From positions 1 to 64,000 of the forward strand of contig JYFJ02001577.1 in NCBI GenBank assembly GCA_000934665.2: a stretch of 64,000 nucleotides of DNA, in the 5' to 3' direction. Positions 23,301-35,714 of this stretch are shown in pieces. Source of the stretch: Catajapyx aquilonaris. Lineage: Eukaryota. Below the pieces are notes generated by a model. The model was given only the letters and a program-made list of their open reading frames with translations. It made no database searches and was not told the origin of the DNA. Both the position numbers and the translations under genes were made by a program. Positions within the stretch are counted from its first letter, which is position 1. The number at the start of each line of letters is the position of its first letter.

Positions 23301-26300
23301 ATATGTAGTCAAGCGCTTGCGATTTTGCATGCACCTGCAATGCATGTTAGTTATTACTCTGTGTGTATCAGCCAATGTTTACATGCTTGATTTTCCGACC
23401 AGCCAAAAATAGCTTAATGCATGTGAAGAACTACCAAGATTAGTGCTTTCCTTTGTTTCTGGCAGCAAATAGCTTTTCCACTAGTAATTACTCACCTGTA
23501 AGGCAAAAAACTCGAGCTATTGTTGACTAACATGAGCAGGAGGCAATGTTTATGTCACCATAATAGTTCAAGATGGTGTTGTAATCTGGTTTTGTGCACA
23601 GGATTTCTAGCATTTCTGATGTGAAAAATTAGGTGACCTGTGTCGTGTTCTTGGAAATTTCAAGTTTTTCAAATTCCATAAAATGGAGCATAAAACCTAC
23701 CTGCATAAAGTCATGATTTGTATTATTACCTGAACACCTGTCTTGTATATCATGAGACCTTTTGTGTTAGGTAACGGTATGTTTTATCAGTTGACTGTAT
23801 CTCATGACCTTCGCCACACCTGCAGCTTTCCTCAGTGGTACAATGCAAATCAGACCAAAATAGTTGCTGACTAAAGCCAAGGCTTAGCTCAGTATCTCCT
23901 ACCAACCTGCATGCCACTTTCGCATTTGTTAAGGTGCGTTTACATGTCAGCGATTTGACGAGCGGAAGCTTCGGCGAGGCTGAAATTAACAATTGGTTTT
24001 CGCCTGAAACAGAATTGGTTACTTGGGTTACTTAGCCTCGCGAGAATTTTGCTCGTCAAATCGCGCACCTGTAAATGCACCTTTATAATGAACTATGAAT
24101 CTCATTTGCTGATTTTACATGATCATACCATTATTGCATACAGATAGGAATCATTAGTGCTAGTTGTAATGCTAAGAACAAAAATATGATCTTCATTGCC
24201 CTGATTAAAATGTTAAGCAGTACCAAAAAAGGCAGTATGGCTGTGCATGAATTTTATTTCAATTTACAATTACGAAGCAAATGTAGGTGAATTACTCGTT
24301 TTCCATTTCATTCATGTGTAAGTGTTGTCATTATTTTTCTTTCAAGTCTCTGTGAGTGAAAAGCAGTATGATCTGTTTAGTAATTTGGGTTTTTCCTCTT
24401 CATTTTTAGTACATGCTGATAAGAACACAGGACTCGGATGATGGTGTAGCCTTGGAGGCTTGTGAGTTTTGGCTGTCCATAGCAGAGCAGGAGATCTGCA
24501 AGGAGGCCCTTACTCCATTCATGCCGAGACTAATCCCAGTGCTGGTCAAGGGAATGAAGTACTCGGAAATAGACATTATTCTGCTCAAAGTAAGTGTTTT
24601 TCCGCTTTCATGTATGCTACAAGCTGACAATTTTGGTTTGACAATGGTGTCATTTTTTAAAATAGGGAGATGTGGAAGAAGATGAGATGATTCCAGATCG
24701 TGATGAAGACATTCGTCCGCGCTTCCACAAATCTAAGACACACGTACAGAAACACAGTGGGGGTGGTGGAGGGGGAGGGGGTGCTGCCAGTGGTGGAGAA
24801 GAGAATGGGGAAGAGGAAGGAGACGAATCAGATGAGATGATGGATGACAGTTCTCTCTCTGACTGGAACCTCCGCAAATGCAGTGCAGCTGCCCTCGACT
24901 GCCTGGCCAATGTTTTCCGGGAGGAATTGCTTCCTGTTCTCCTCCCAATCTTAAAGGAGACACTGTTCCATGATGAGTGGGAGATCAAAGAGTCGGGTAT
25001 TTTGGCTCTCGGAGCCATAGCTGAAGGATGCATGACAGGGATGATAACCCACCTTCCTGAGCTCATCCCATACCTTATCAATTGCCTGTCTGATAAGAAG
25101 GCTCTGGTTCGGTCCATCACGTGCTGGACGTTAAGCAGGTACTCTCATTGGGTGGTTGGTCAACCTCATGACCAGTACCTGAAGCCCCTCATGACTGAGC
25201 TGCTCAAGAAGGTGCTGGATGCCAACAAGCGTGTGCAGGAGGCTGCTTGCTCGGCTTTTGCTACTCTGGAGGAGGAGGCCTGTACAGAACTTGTACCCTA
25301 CCTTGGATTTATTCTTGAGACCCTTGTCTTCGCATTCAGCAAATATCAGGTGCCTTTTCATCCACATTTTAATGTATAAGTTGATGTGATATGAAATGCG
25401 GAGTGTAATAGCATTGCGTTCATCATTCTAAGATTTTGAACCACGAAAAGTATTAAAATGCAAATTTTATGAGACCATTTTGTTGTGATGTAAGTGGCAT
25501 TGAAAATAATATGCTTGTCAATGCTCGGTAAAGTAAATTTCTGTATGCATGTGTAATTTGGACATTTTATATATTCCTGTAATTTTAACAGTATGATTAA
25601 TTGGGATGTTTTAAATCAACAGCACAAGAATCTGTTGATTTTGTACGATGCAATTGGAACCCTGGCAGATTCAGTGGGCCACCACTTAAATAAGCCAGAA
25701 TACATCAATTTGATCATGCCACCCCTCATACATAAATGGAATGTACTGAAGGATGAGGATAAGGATCTGTTTCCTCTTCTTGAGGTACGTATAATGTTGG
25801 ATCGCTTGTGGTGAAAGAATATATTTTTGCTAATATACTGAAGGCCCATAGTTATTGGAAACCCTTTCTCACAAACAAGTCTTACAACAAGAGATAGTTG
25901 TAACCTGTAATATTTGGCTGATGCAGTAGTACATTATTTTCCAAAGGAAATATCCAAAATTATTAATATTGTCCAGTTAAATAGGATAACGTACTTTTAT
26001 GTTTGTTACAGTGCTTGTCGAGCATAGCTACTGCTCTGCAGTCAGGGTTCCTGCCATACTGTGAACCTGTCTATCGACGCTGCCTCTCCTTGGTGGAGCA
26101 GACCCTTAATCAACACATTGTAAGTGTGTTTTAAGATGAATTTCTTGCAGACGAAATTATTTCATGTGCTCATATTTATGAACCAGGCAAACCAACAGAA
26201 CCCGGAGCAATTTGAAGCCCCAGACAAGGACTTTATGATAGTGGCATTGGACCTCTTGTCAGGACTGGCGGAGGGGCTTGATGGCCACATAGAGAAGCTG

Positions 26301-29300
26301 GTTGTGGATTCCAACATCATGCAACTACTCTACCAATGCATGCAAGACCCCATGCCAGAAGTGAGGCAGAGCTCCTTTGCCTTGCTGGGTGACCTCACCA
26401 AGGCTTGCTTTCAGCACGTGCTGCCATGCATACGTGAGTCTTATTGCATGTCTCTCATGATGTAACTGTTCAGGAATGATGGAGCCTTCTGGTGATATAA
26501 TAATTTTTTTTTTCTTCTTTGGCAGCGGATTTCTTCCCCATACTAGGTCGCAACCTGAATACCCAAGTTATTTCAGTATGCAATAATGCAATTTGGGCCA
26601 TTGGCGAGATTGCAATCAAGTTAGGTAAGTTGGCTTGTTTTTTGTGAAACCTGTGTGTAACAGGTTCTAGAGACACTGGAGTTTTTGTTGGATTCTGCAG
26701 AGCATTTCCTGTTACATGACAGAAACATGTGGAGAAGGGAAAGTTTTTGCAGAATGACGCGTGTCACTAATTTTTCATTGGAAAGATGACAAGAAAAATA
26801 ATACAGTAATTGGCTCTGCAGGTTCCAAACCCCAGCATAAATTAAAACCTGAGTTGTTATCATAATACTGTCAGTGGAACCGCTGACCTGTAATAGTCAA
26901 CCCAGTAACTTTAATTTCAGGTCAAGAGACTAGGCATTACATCCCCTTAGTCTTGGACCCACTGATAATGATAATCAATGCACCAAACACTCCCAAAACA
27001 TTGCTGGAAAACACAGGTGAGTAATCGCAATCATTCAGTTACTCTCAGCACTTTTTACTTATTCTTGTTCATTATGAGTATTTCTTTTAAGGGTGTTACG
27101 TTGTGGTTTTGGCACAAGTTATGATGATTTGAATCAGATTTAATAATTATTGGTTAGAGTTGGAGACTTTCAGTGATTTTTTGCATCTGCAAATTTTTTG
27201 GCAATAGCAATGTAACAGTATTTAATTAGCAAACTAATTTTACCAATCTTGGCTGGACACCTAATAATTAGTAGGGCATGTTATGCGCCTCACAGTAGTG
27301 GGGACTTTGATTTACTGCCTCTTATTACACCCTCAAAGTGTTCCAGATGCATGTCGATATCTGTTCTAGAATGTTGAGAAATGTGCCAATTTTTTGGGGA
27401 AGGAAAAAATGTTTCTTGTGGAGGCGAAAGGTTGATTGTAATCAGCCACGCTTTTAATGTATCACAGTTCATTCTTCATTATGTACATTTACTTTATAGT
27501 CAGATTCCCTGGGATCATGCTGTTTATGTGGTGATGGATATACATTACTTTTTACTTGCATTATTTTTATTGCAGTGGTGCAGCCTTTATCAAGTTTACT
27601 TTCCGTAAATGTGGGAGTCACATGTTGCACTTTTGAATGGGCGTTTATTTTTTTTCGCACTCCCATTGTTGCTGTTTAAGATGTGATTGGCATTTGGGTT
27701 AAAGTAGATTTTGTAACTATTCAGTATTGCCTTTTGTACTGGGGGTTTGATGCAGTAACTTTTTTTTTTTTTGGTCATTGAAGTTTGAAATACACTAACT
27801 GCGTGCAAGTACAATGAAACATTTGCTGCAATTAGGCTACAATTTTAGCATGCACTATTATGTATTGCTTTCGAAAGCATTTTGAAGCTTGTCAAGCAGT
27901 GAAAGCTTTCGTAGTGCACAAAACTCAAGCACATAATACAAAATATTAGAGCAGTGAATGTGATTAATTTTAAAATGTTCATATGTTGGTGGTGTTCTTT
28001 ATGTTGTTGTGCCTTGCACGCTGGTAGTGTATTTTAAGTGTACAGCTGTAGGGGAAGTAAGGTGGAATCAACTTTTACCAATGTTTCCAGGAGATAAATA
28101 ATTGTAAAAAGCACAGATTGTCATAGAAAGGAAATCAGGTTTATTGTATTTTGTATAGGGTGCACATTATGTTCAAAAAATTTTACACAGCAGGTATATA
28201 ATATTCAAGGATTGGTGCACAGAGAATTATGTCAAAATGTATTGAGTAGAACTGTTGTTTTAATTGCAAAATCAGTGTTAATTGTTGCACAAGCATCACT
28301 TTAATTTTGCTTTGCTGGTAGGAGGACTAATAACCTGACATATCTGATATGTGAGGGTGACACAGTGGCGGAGTGGTTAGCGCCACAGCCTTCCACCTGT
28401 AAGGTCCCGAGTCCGATCCCCATAAGAGGACTATGGAGGCCTATCACGAGGCATCCATTATTATTATTATTATATCTGATATGTGGTTGTAGGCCATTAT
28501 TATGTCAGAAAATGTCATCAACACGACACTAATTCAGTGGGGCTTAACGTCGGCCTATTTCTGCCTCTAAGGCTCAACACCGACACCAGGGGGTGGTCCT
28601 CCTCCTGGAAATTTGGCCACTCTGGGGATCTTTAACGGGCACTCGCGCAATGTCACAAGCACACGGGACCGACGGGTTTACTTCCCCTCCGAAGGAAGGC
28701 ATTAACACGACACTGTGCTGAGACGATTAGTTAGGTGCGTTATTGTCACAGGGTCGACTACTTTCACATTATTTTCAACAATTACCAGTGGGACCATGGT
28801 CTAACAGTCTCTTGAAGAGCATGTCAATTTATTGGATGTTATAGTTACTGGATTATGTACTTCCCTCATGCATGCAAGTCCGGAGATGAATAGCCTGCAC
28901 AGGAGGTGAATCTCATGCAGCAATTTGATGGCTAAGTGAAAATGGCCTGAAAAGGGATCAAACACACTTAATACCGAGGAGGGAAGGACTTTTGGATATG
29001 TTCCACAAATGCAGTATGTTATAGCTGTGAGGATTGATAGACATGTGTAGCTAGATGGCTCAGGATTAAAGAGGACTAGATAGGTGCTGGCTGCTTGAGC
29101 CGAAAAGATTTTCAGATGACACCGATAAAAGGAATAGGAAGAGATCCTAACCCATTCTCTTATAGGCAGCAATTTATTTTCATATAATGCTACTAATGTT
29201 AGGTTGAATTGAAATGTCCCTTTCAGCTCTAAATTGCAATGGCCTTCTGAAAGAGGCTTTCTTCTGGGGCCTAGGGTAGACATCATGAAGTGGCTAAGGA

Positions 29301-31030
29301 TACCTCCGTTTTATGTAATAATTGCAGCTCTTTTTTTGATAACCCTCAAAAGTGACTTCATAAAATATTCTGCAGAGTGCAAAAAATTGCTAACTGAAAG
29401 GCCCAATGTCTTCTACTGACTGTATTGGGGTAGCATTTCCTTTTTTGTGCACAGTCCTTGTTGTGCTCTAGTAGATGACGAGTGCTTTCTAACTTGTGTG
29501 AATAGTTACTTGGTAAAAGTACATTCAACCATGGCCCCCAGCTGTGTGTGGGTGTGTTAATTTTGCCACATGTACTGCATACCAGGGTTTGTTGTTGATG
29601 CGTTTTCTTAGCCATATCACAATGTGTGATTTATTATATAATTTTTTTGGGGTTCCACGTTTACACCAAATACCTGAGTTATTTACGTGTGTTTTTTCTC
29701 TTTTCCGTTTTTCTTCTTCCCCCATGTCGCTCGCTCGCTCATGAATCCGTACGCTCACTCTAGCCATAACAATTGGCCGGCTAGGTTACGTGTGCCCTCA
29801 TGACGTCGCTCCTCTGTTGCACCAGTTTGTACGACAGTGGTGTGTAACTCCTCTTTTTTATTTCTTATATTTTCCATTAGTATACTTACTCTTTCACAAA
29901 GCCACTTTGGTCACTCCATTGTTGTTCAATTTTTACATTTCCATTAATAGTAATTATTAATTGAATTGTGTCAATCAGTACTTTCTCATTGTGGATAGTT
30001 GGTTTTTTTGAATACAGATACAAAGTAAAACATTTTTGGAAGTTGATTGTTGTGACAGCAAGATGCAGAGTTGCATTAGATGCATTTTTTTCAAAAGCAG
30101 AACGTACCTTTTTTAAAAGGGTTTTTCAACTCATTAATATCATACTCTGCAACTTGCCTTGTTGTGAGCCAATGTGTAGTTGCGAGTAATTTGATGCAAG
30201 TATAAATGCTTAATTAATTTTTGGAGATTTTGTCTTGTTTTTTGCAAACTAACAACTATAATGTGTAGTTTCAGTTGAGTAGCATTAAGCCATGTGTCAT
30301 AATTTGAACTTGATTTATTTATTTATTTGAGAATGTCACATCAGAGCACTTGTTTATTGTCATACATACAGTACACATGTATGGGTTGTTATTGTCTATT
30401 TTTGGTATGTTATGTTTACATTGCTCTGTGCACAAGCTAGGGAAAAAAAGACAAAGAAAAGTTAGGGCCAGAAAGTTCAAAATTAAGGACAACAAAATTT
30501 CTTGTTTACCTTGCAACTCTTTTCTACCTAATGTGCATTTGGTCATGAAGAAAGTCAGTCGCACTCATACGGTTCCATCCCACCCTGCCCTGCCCCCTAC
30601 CCTCTGCTTGCCATTAACAACACAACAACAGGTGCAGTTCACTGCGCAACATCCGTGACAATGAGGAGAAGGACCATGCGTTTCGTGGGATGTGCCAGAT
30701 GATAACCGTGAATCCAGCAGGCGTGGTGCCTGAATTCATCTTCTTCTGTGATGCTGTAGCATCATGGACCAACCCCAAACCAGACCTTAAGGAAATGTTT
30801 CAAAAGGTATGTATTAATTATTGTGTTTTTAAATTTACAAGACTGTTGTGAAAGGTACATGAGCATGAAAAGGAAGCGGCTAACATTTACTCACTATGTT
30901 CACCCCATCCTTTTTTCTGCAGATCCTACATGGTTTCAAGGCACAGGTTGGGGAAGAAAATTGGCGCCGGTTTTCAGCCCAGTTCCCAGTCCAACTGAAG
31001 GACAGGCTGTCCACCATGTATGGCGTCTGA
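20325..31030 (+). CDS. TNPO1: Transportin-1/2 (karyopherin beta-2)
   Basis: Sixteen phase-consistent GT-AG exons: 20325-20432 ([24 protein letters not shown]), 22231-22306, 22381-22637, 22731-22864, 22984-23065, 23128-23250, 24410-24589, 24666-25349 (acidic H8 loop, [13 protein letters not shown]), 25623-25784, 26012-26119, 26187-26433, 26526-26624, 26921-27016, 29764-29839 ([12 protein letters not shown]), 30632-30806 ([12 protein letters not shown]), 30923-31030 (ILHGFK..YGV-stop). Probably co-orthologous to vertebrate TNPO1 and TNPO2. Confidence 0.97.
20809..21544. mobile_element. Non-autonomous DNA transposon (TA target duplication) in TNPO intron 1
   Basis: TA|CCGTATTACCTC ... GATGTAATATGG|TA: imperfect TIRs. 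Second copy at 5090-5677. Confidence 0.6.
20949..21218 (+). mobile_element. tRNA-derived SINE nested in the DNA transposon
   Basis: A box TGGTCTGGTGG, B box GGTTCAAATCC and an AT-rich tail. 10-bp TSD CGATATAATT at 20939-20948 and 21219-21228. Confidence 0.8.
23932..24082. mobile_element. PIF/Harbinger-like MITE, copy 2
   Basis: TTA|AGGTGCGTTTACATGT...GTAAATGCACCT|TTA: TIRs with a 3-bp TTA TSD. Confidence 0.8.
28354..28471 (+). mobile_element. Very short tRNA-derived SINE with an (ATT)n tail
   Basis: A box TGGCGGAGTGG and B-box-like GAGTCCGATCCC. 14-bp TSD ATATCTGATATGTG at 28340-28353 and 28472-28485. Confidence 0.85.
28531..28703 (-). mobile_element. 5'-truncated SINE with a Deu/Nin-domain-like core
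   Basis: Minus strand CTTCGGAGGGGAAGTAAACCCGTCGGTCCC...CCCGTTAAAGATCCCC...GACGTTAAGCCCC resembles Deu/Nin-type and tick Ruka-type SINE cores. 11-bp TSD AACACGACACT at 28520-28530 and 28704-28714. Confidence 0.75.
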
Positions 31031-34000
31031 ATCCCCAGAGCATGTTTCCACAAGGGGGGTTCAAATGGGACAAGAACTGCGACAAGCAAGACTTGATGGC
31101 GTACCATCCAGTCAAAAAAAAAGAAGGTCTTGCGGGGCAAAATAGGGTGGGACGGGAAGGCAATACAACTATCGCGGGGTTGTGTTGACCATTTCACATA
31201 AAAAGAGGGGATGGGGTGGGTGGGGTGGGAGGGTGGAACCACTGCCTGCACACACCAGATGGCCAGTTAATTGAAGGGGCTTTTAAAAATGTCCCTACTT
31301 AAAACTGATCATCTTTTAATGGAAGGGACATTAACTGAAGAATCAGAGTTGAGTAAAAAAAATTTATTAACGCTGGATTCAGCGATGGTGATGATTTCAG
31401 CAGGCTGTGGTGTATTTTTTTTTATCTGTTTATATGTTCCATTATTTTTGTTATTTCTGATTTTTGGGTCTGTCCAAAACAAACAAATGGGGAATCTGGA
31501 TTAACGTTTCAAAAAAAGAAAACCTGGGGCTACACTAGACTTAGCATTCTCTTGCGAAAAAAAATTTGTGCTTTCTCCCCAGAAAGTAAATCTTCAAACG
31601 GGGGTTAATCAATAGTTTGGCAGTTGCTGCCAGCCCAAGCTAACACGTGTGTCAGCACTAAATAAGATAGAGTTAAGTGTAAAGAATACAAGACCATAAT
31701 TCGGAAGTCCCTTTTTTGAACCAGGCATTAATCATTGGGCAGGACGACAATTAAAATTTAAAGCCGTACCACAAGAGTTGTGGTTTATGTAAGGTACTTA
31801 AAATTTTAAGGTATTAAGTTTAAGCTAGGTGTAAAGAACTCTTGGGTATGATGTTAAGTACAACACTTAAGGACCCCTATTTAAAGTTTAAGAAATCACC
31901 AGTGTATTGAATTAACTGGCTTGAGATGTGCATTTCTTTTTTTTCCTTTTTTCGTTCTCAATGTTTGCGAATTTGCTGTCAGCATTGTCACGTAAAAACA
32001 AAATAGGCGTCGTGGAAAAGTATTTCATGCTTGATTTTTTTGTGATTGCAAGCACAGAATAATATTGTTGCAAAGTGCCTTTTGTTGTACAAAGATATGT
32101 GAAGGGAAGAATTCTGGTCAGGAGGTTGGTTTTATTTATTTATTTTAAACCTTTTGATTGTGTGAGCTATTTTATTTATAAGTTTCTTGAGTTCACTTCC
32201 AAACCCCCTGAATTTTTCGGATGAAAACGAGAAGAAAAAAAAGCAATTTTTTTTTTCCCCCTTGGACCTTATTGGGACTCAACTTATGACACATTCCTGG
32301 CAGTTCAGAAGCTACAAACGTTTTGGGGAAGAGGGAGTGAGAATGATCTTTTTTTAGTGCATGAGATACAATATGCTTAGTGAGATTTGGTGCATGTTTC
32401 CTTGTCTTTCATGCTTATTTTTAATTATAATAATGATAGTGTACACCTTTGGTTGTACTGACTGATGTTTTCTTGCAGATCTTCACATATCAAAGTAGAG
32501 ACGGTTTTTTCCCCCCCGTTTTTATTTTTTTGTTTACCCGAAGTTTATTGACCAAGCTAAAGAAGAGCATTACTGCATCCGGAATGGTACATCTCATTGT
32601 TGCTGCTTGTTTTATTACCTCCTGTCATTTGCAAAAAGTAGGAATAATGGATTTGTTTGATAGCTCAATCATATTTTGAATAGTCAGATATTTTGATTTT
32701 CATTTTGTTGTTGTTGACGAGCCATAGAAATGCGTAGATGTTTCACAATGTTGAGGGGTACTTACTTTATTGTAAGCTTGTTGTTATTATTAGAATGATT
32801 AATATTATTACGCTAATGTAAGTAGATTTTACAAGAGAAAAAGACATATGGCCTCTTCATTTTTATGTGCAATAGGAAATTGAGCGTTTTTAAGCTTTCC
32901 GAGTCGGTTTCCTTGAAAGCAACTATCGCGCTCTGGGTTCCGGATCCAGACACTTTAGCAATACTTGTAACCATTCTCTATGCAAGTGCATGACTTGTTG
33001 TTATTTTCATGTAATTTCCCCCCCACCACCACAACTTGCAATCAGAACATATCACCACTTTTGTGCAATGAAAAGGATCAACAGCCAAGTGCTGGTCACA
33101 GTACCATAGCTCATTAAAAAAACAGCAATAGATTTTGACTTTCCATGAATTTCCAATAATTATTCACTTGCCTTACTACGAACACTTTCCATTCTTTAGA
33201 CAATAACTGGGTTGCACTGTTGCACCCTCTTTCATGCTTTCTGATGTAACACCTAATGATCCGGAACAATGAGTTGTGATTGTTGGAGAGAGAACAAAAC
33301 CAATGACATCCCAAAAAGTTCCTGTGAGATAGAGAGGTGGAAAAAAAAAAAGAATTAAAGAGAATATTTCGAGTGGAAGAAGCACGATTAAATCCCAGAC
33401 AGGATGCAGCCAAAGCATATCTCCCATGTTTCAGTAGATTTAAAAAAAAAAGTAAATATGATGCAGTGGATTTGTTCCCACTACAAAACTACGTGGCTTT
33501 TTAAGTCGCAATTTTGGAAATTATACCTGAGCCTATTTTTCTGAAGCGTGGATTTTAAAAGAAATGTCTTGTTAGGATTATATCATGTTAGGTGTAAATA
33601 GCCAATAATAATTGTGGGCTTTGGAAAAAAAGAAATTGCTTCCCCCACATAAGACCATATCCATTAAGGAAAAGAAGAATAAAAGATGCATATCTTTTAC
33701 AAATCCTAGAGACTAAGCTAGTCTTTAAGGAAGGTGATTTTTGAAAGTTAAAAAAAAAATTGAATTTGTTTCTGCATAGTTCTTTTAATGACGGGGAGTT
33801 GTGATTGTCATTTTCTAAATTTTCTCACTTCTTTCCTAAATGAAAAAAAAGTGTCCATCAGTTTCTGTACGGTGCTGAACTTTTGATTTCCAAGAAAAAA
33901 AACTAATTTTTTGAGTGCCACAGTAGATGTCCACGCTTGTGCGTACCTGTCAAAGAAGAGGAAGAAAAAAATAATAATGGAAAAAAAGGTTGTGACATCT

Positions 34001-34930
34001 TTTTTGCCTCCTGTTGCGGACTCTTTAATTCTGAGCGAGTGCAGTCAGAAATCTGTGATATTACAAATCCCCCACCCCCTACAATTTTTTTTCCATGCTA
34101 AAAAAAAGGGACTACTTTTGTGATGACGATTTGGATAGCGTAAATCACCGAGGACAGAGCTCTGTAAAAAAAATAAGAAAAATTGGGTATGAAGAGCCGA
34201 ATCACTAATTTTCTAGTCATGTTGCTTTCCAGACAGTATTCAAGCACCTTTGGATTCAACCATTTTTTAAACGCAGTTTGATCCCATCCGGATTGACATG
34301 AAAGTGTACTTACAAGTGCTTAACCAAGTCCTCCATCTCTGCTCCTCAGTGGTTTCCCTGCCGTTCGTGTCAATTTAAGTGAGAGTATGAAAATAATAAA
34401 AAAGCCTAGCGTAAGTTACTTCCTGTCGAGCTGCTCCGCTCATTTATTTCTCCGCAACACAAAAAAAGAAGAGTTCAAATTGTAGCGAGCAGCTGGACAG
34501 GACCGAAAAAATCTGGTGCCATCCGGGATGAAGGGGGCTGCCCTTCATTTTTTTAAAAAAAAAAGAAAACTTATCCAAAGGACCAGCTTTTTAACTCTCA
34601 TTTCCTGATCATCCCGGAACCGGTTTTTTCAGCTGGGGGGTGATACAACTAGTTTTTAAGGTGCTGGCGAGGCATTTAAAACCCTAGACATTAAGTATCA
34701 AATCCAATTGCCTGGCTTCAGATTTTGAAGAGTAAAAAGAAAATTGTAAATCAATACCATGTAAGAAGGTTTTGTACAATGTAAGTAAAGATAAGTTATA
34801 TTTTAGGATAAATTATGTAAGTAAGGTTAATATAAGGGTAAAGAAGAGCACAAGTTGGCTGTAGATTTAAAAATCGGTACTTTGTCAGCCTAGAATAAAA
34901 GTGACGTATGTGATCAAACTTGATGCGTGT
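31031..34930 (+). other. Probable long (up to about 3.9 kb) TNPO 3'UTR
   Basis: U/A-rich, with no recognisable gene or transposon. AATAAA at about 34894 is followed by a GU/U-rich downstream element (GCGTGTGTTCTTGTTTT). Confidence 0.5.
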
Positions 34931-35365
34931 GTTCTTGTTTTTCCCCCATATATTTTTGCATATGTCGGTTTTCCACTAATGGTACTTGTGTAGTGGCCAT
35001 CTTCACATAGTGGAAATCTGGCCCTTGCACTTATAACATGCACCATTAACAACAACTCTATTCCAGAAAAAAAAAAAATGGTGAGAGGGGGAGGGTGGGG
35101 GCTGGGGGGTGAAATTATGATTCGAGCGTCATAATTTTTGCAGGTTGCATTTTCTGATCACTAGGGTGATAGTGTTCCCATTTAGTAGGGGGGAAATACT
35201 ATGGGGTATTGGTCAAGCCTGGTTATTCGATTAAGGGAAGTGGGTTTTTACGTAAAGTGTTTTGCAATTTTTTTTTGTTCCTTACAGGGTTTTGTTTTTG
35301 GAAATGCAATATTTCAGCTTAATTTCACCTTTAATTCCTGAATTATTTCTTGTTTAAGCAAATGA
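34200..35365 (+). repeat. Segmental direct repeat, copy A (distal TNPO 3'UTR and flank)
   Basis: Colinear with 36747-37740, sharing ATCACTAATTTTCTAGTCATGTTGC..., AAAAGTGACGTATGTGATCAAACTTGATGCG..., and GGTCAAGCCTGG.TATTCGATTAAGGGAAGTGGG. Confidence 0.9.
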
Positions 35366-35714
35366 ATTTCGACTAATCTCACTTCCTAGGTGTCAAACCC
35401 AGATATTCATGAATTATATTTAGTTTTAATTTTCAATCCGTGTTTTTTCAACGTTTGACTTGTCAGGTGTTGTGTGCCATGTTTTTGGCAACTGAGCAAC
35501 AGCAGGGTCCAATGAAACTGTGCATTGTCGAAAACAGACCGAACCTTGGGGGTATTAAAAAATAGCCATTTTGGCGAGCTGGCAACATGGCAAAGTGAGG
35601 CTTTGCTGGGACGGCAGGTTCATCAGGCGATTGTATTCAACAAAATATTTAACGAACTGTTTTTAGGATTGCGGGAAGAGTTGGGAAGCAGGATTGGGTG
35701 CGAATTTTAAAAAG

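Noticed and set aside
28354..28425. tRNA gene
   Set aside because: The B box is degenerate and there is no clean cloverleaf. The tail and TSD identify it as a SINE, as they do for 20949-21025.
27570..29535. Mutually exclusive duplicate of the [12 protein letters not shown] exon (QWCSL at about 27573, KYIQPW at about 29517)
   Set aside because: These are short chance matches with in-frame stops and no compatible splice sites.
20433..30922. Intronic C/D snoRNA (human TNPO2 hosts SNORD41)
   Set aside because: ATGATGA at 27121 has no suitably placed CTGA or terminal stem, and I found no convincing candidate by eye. An Infernal/snoscan run would be needed.
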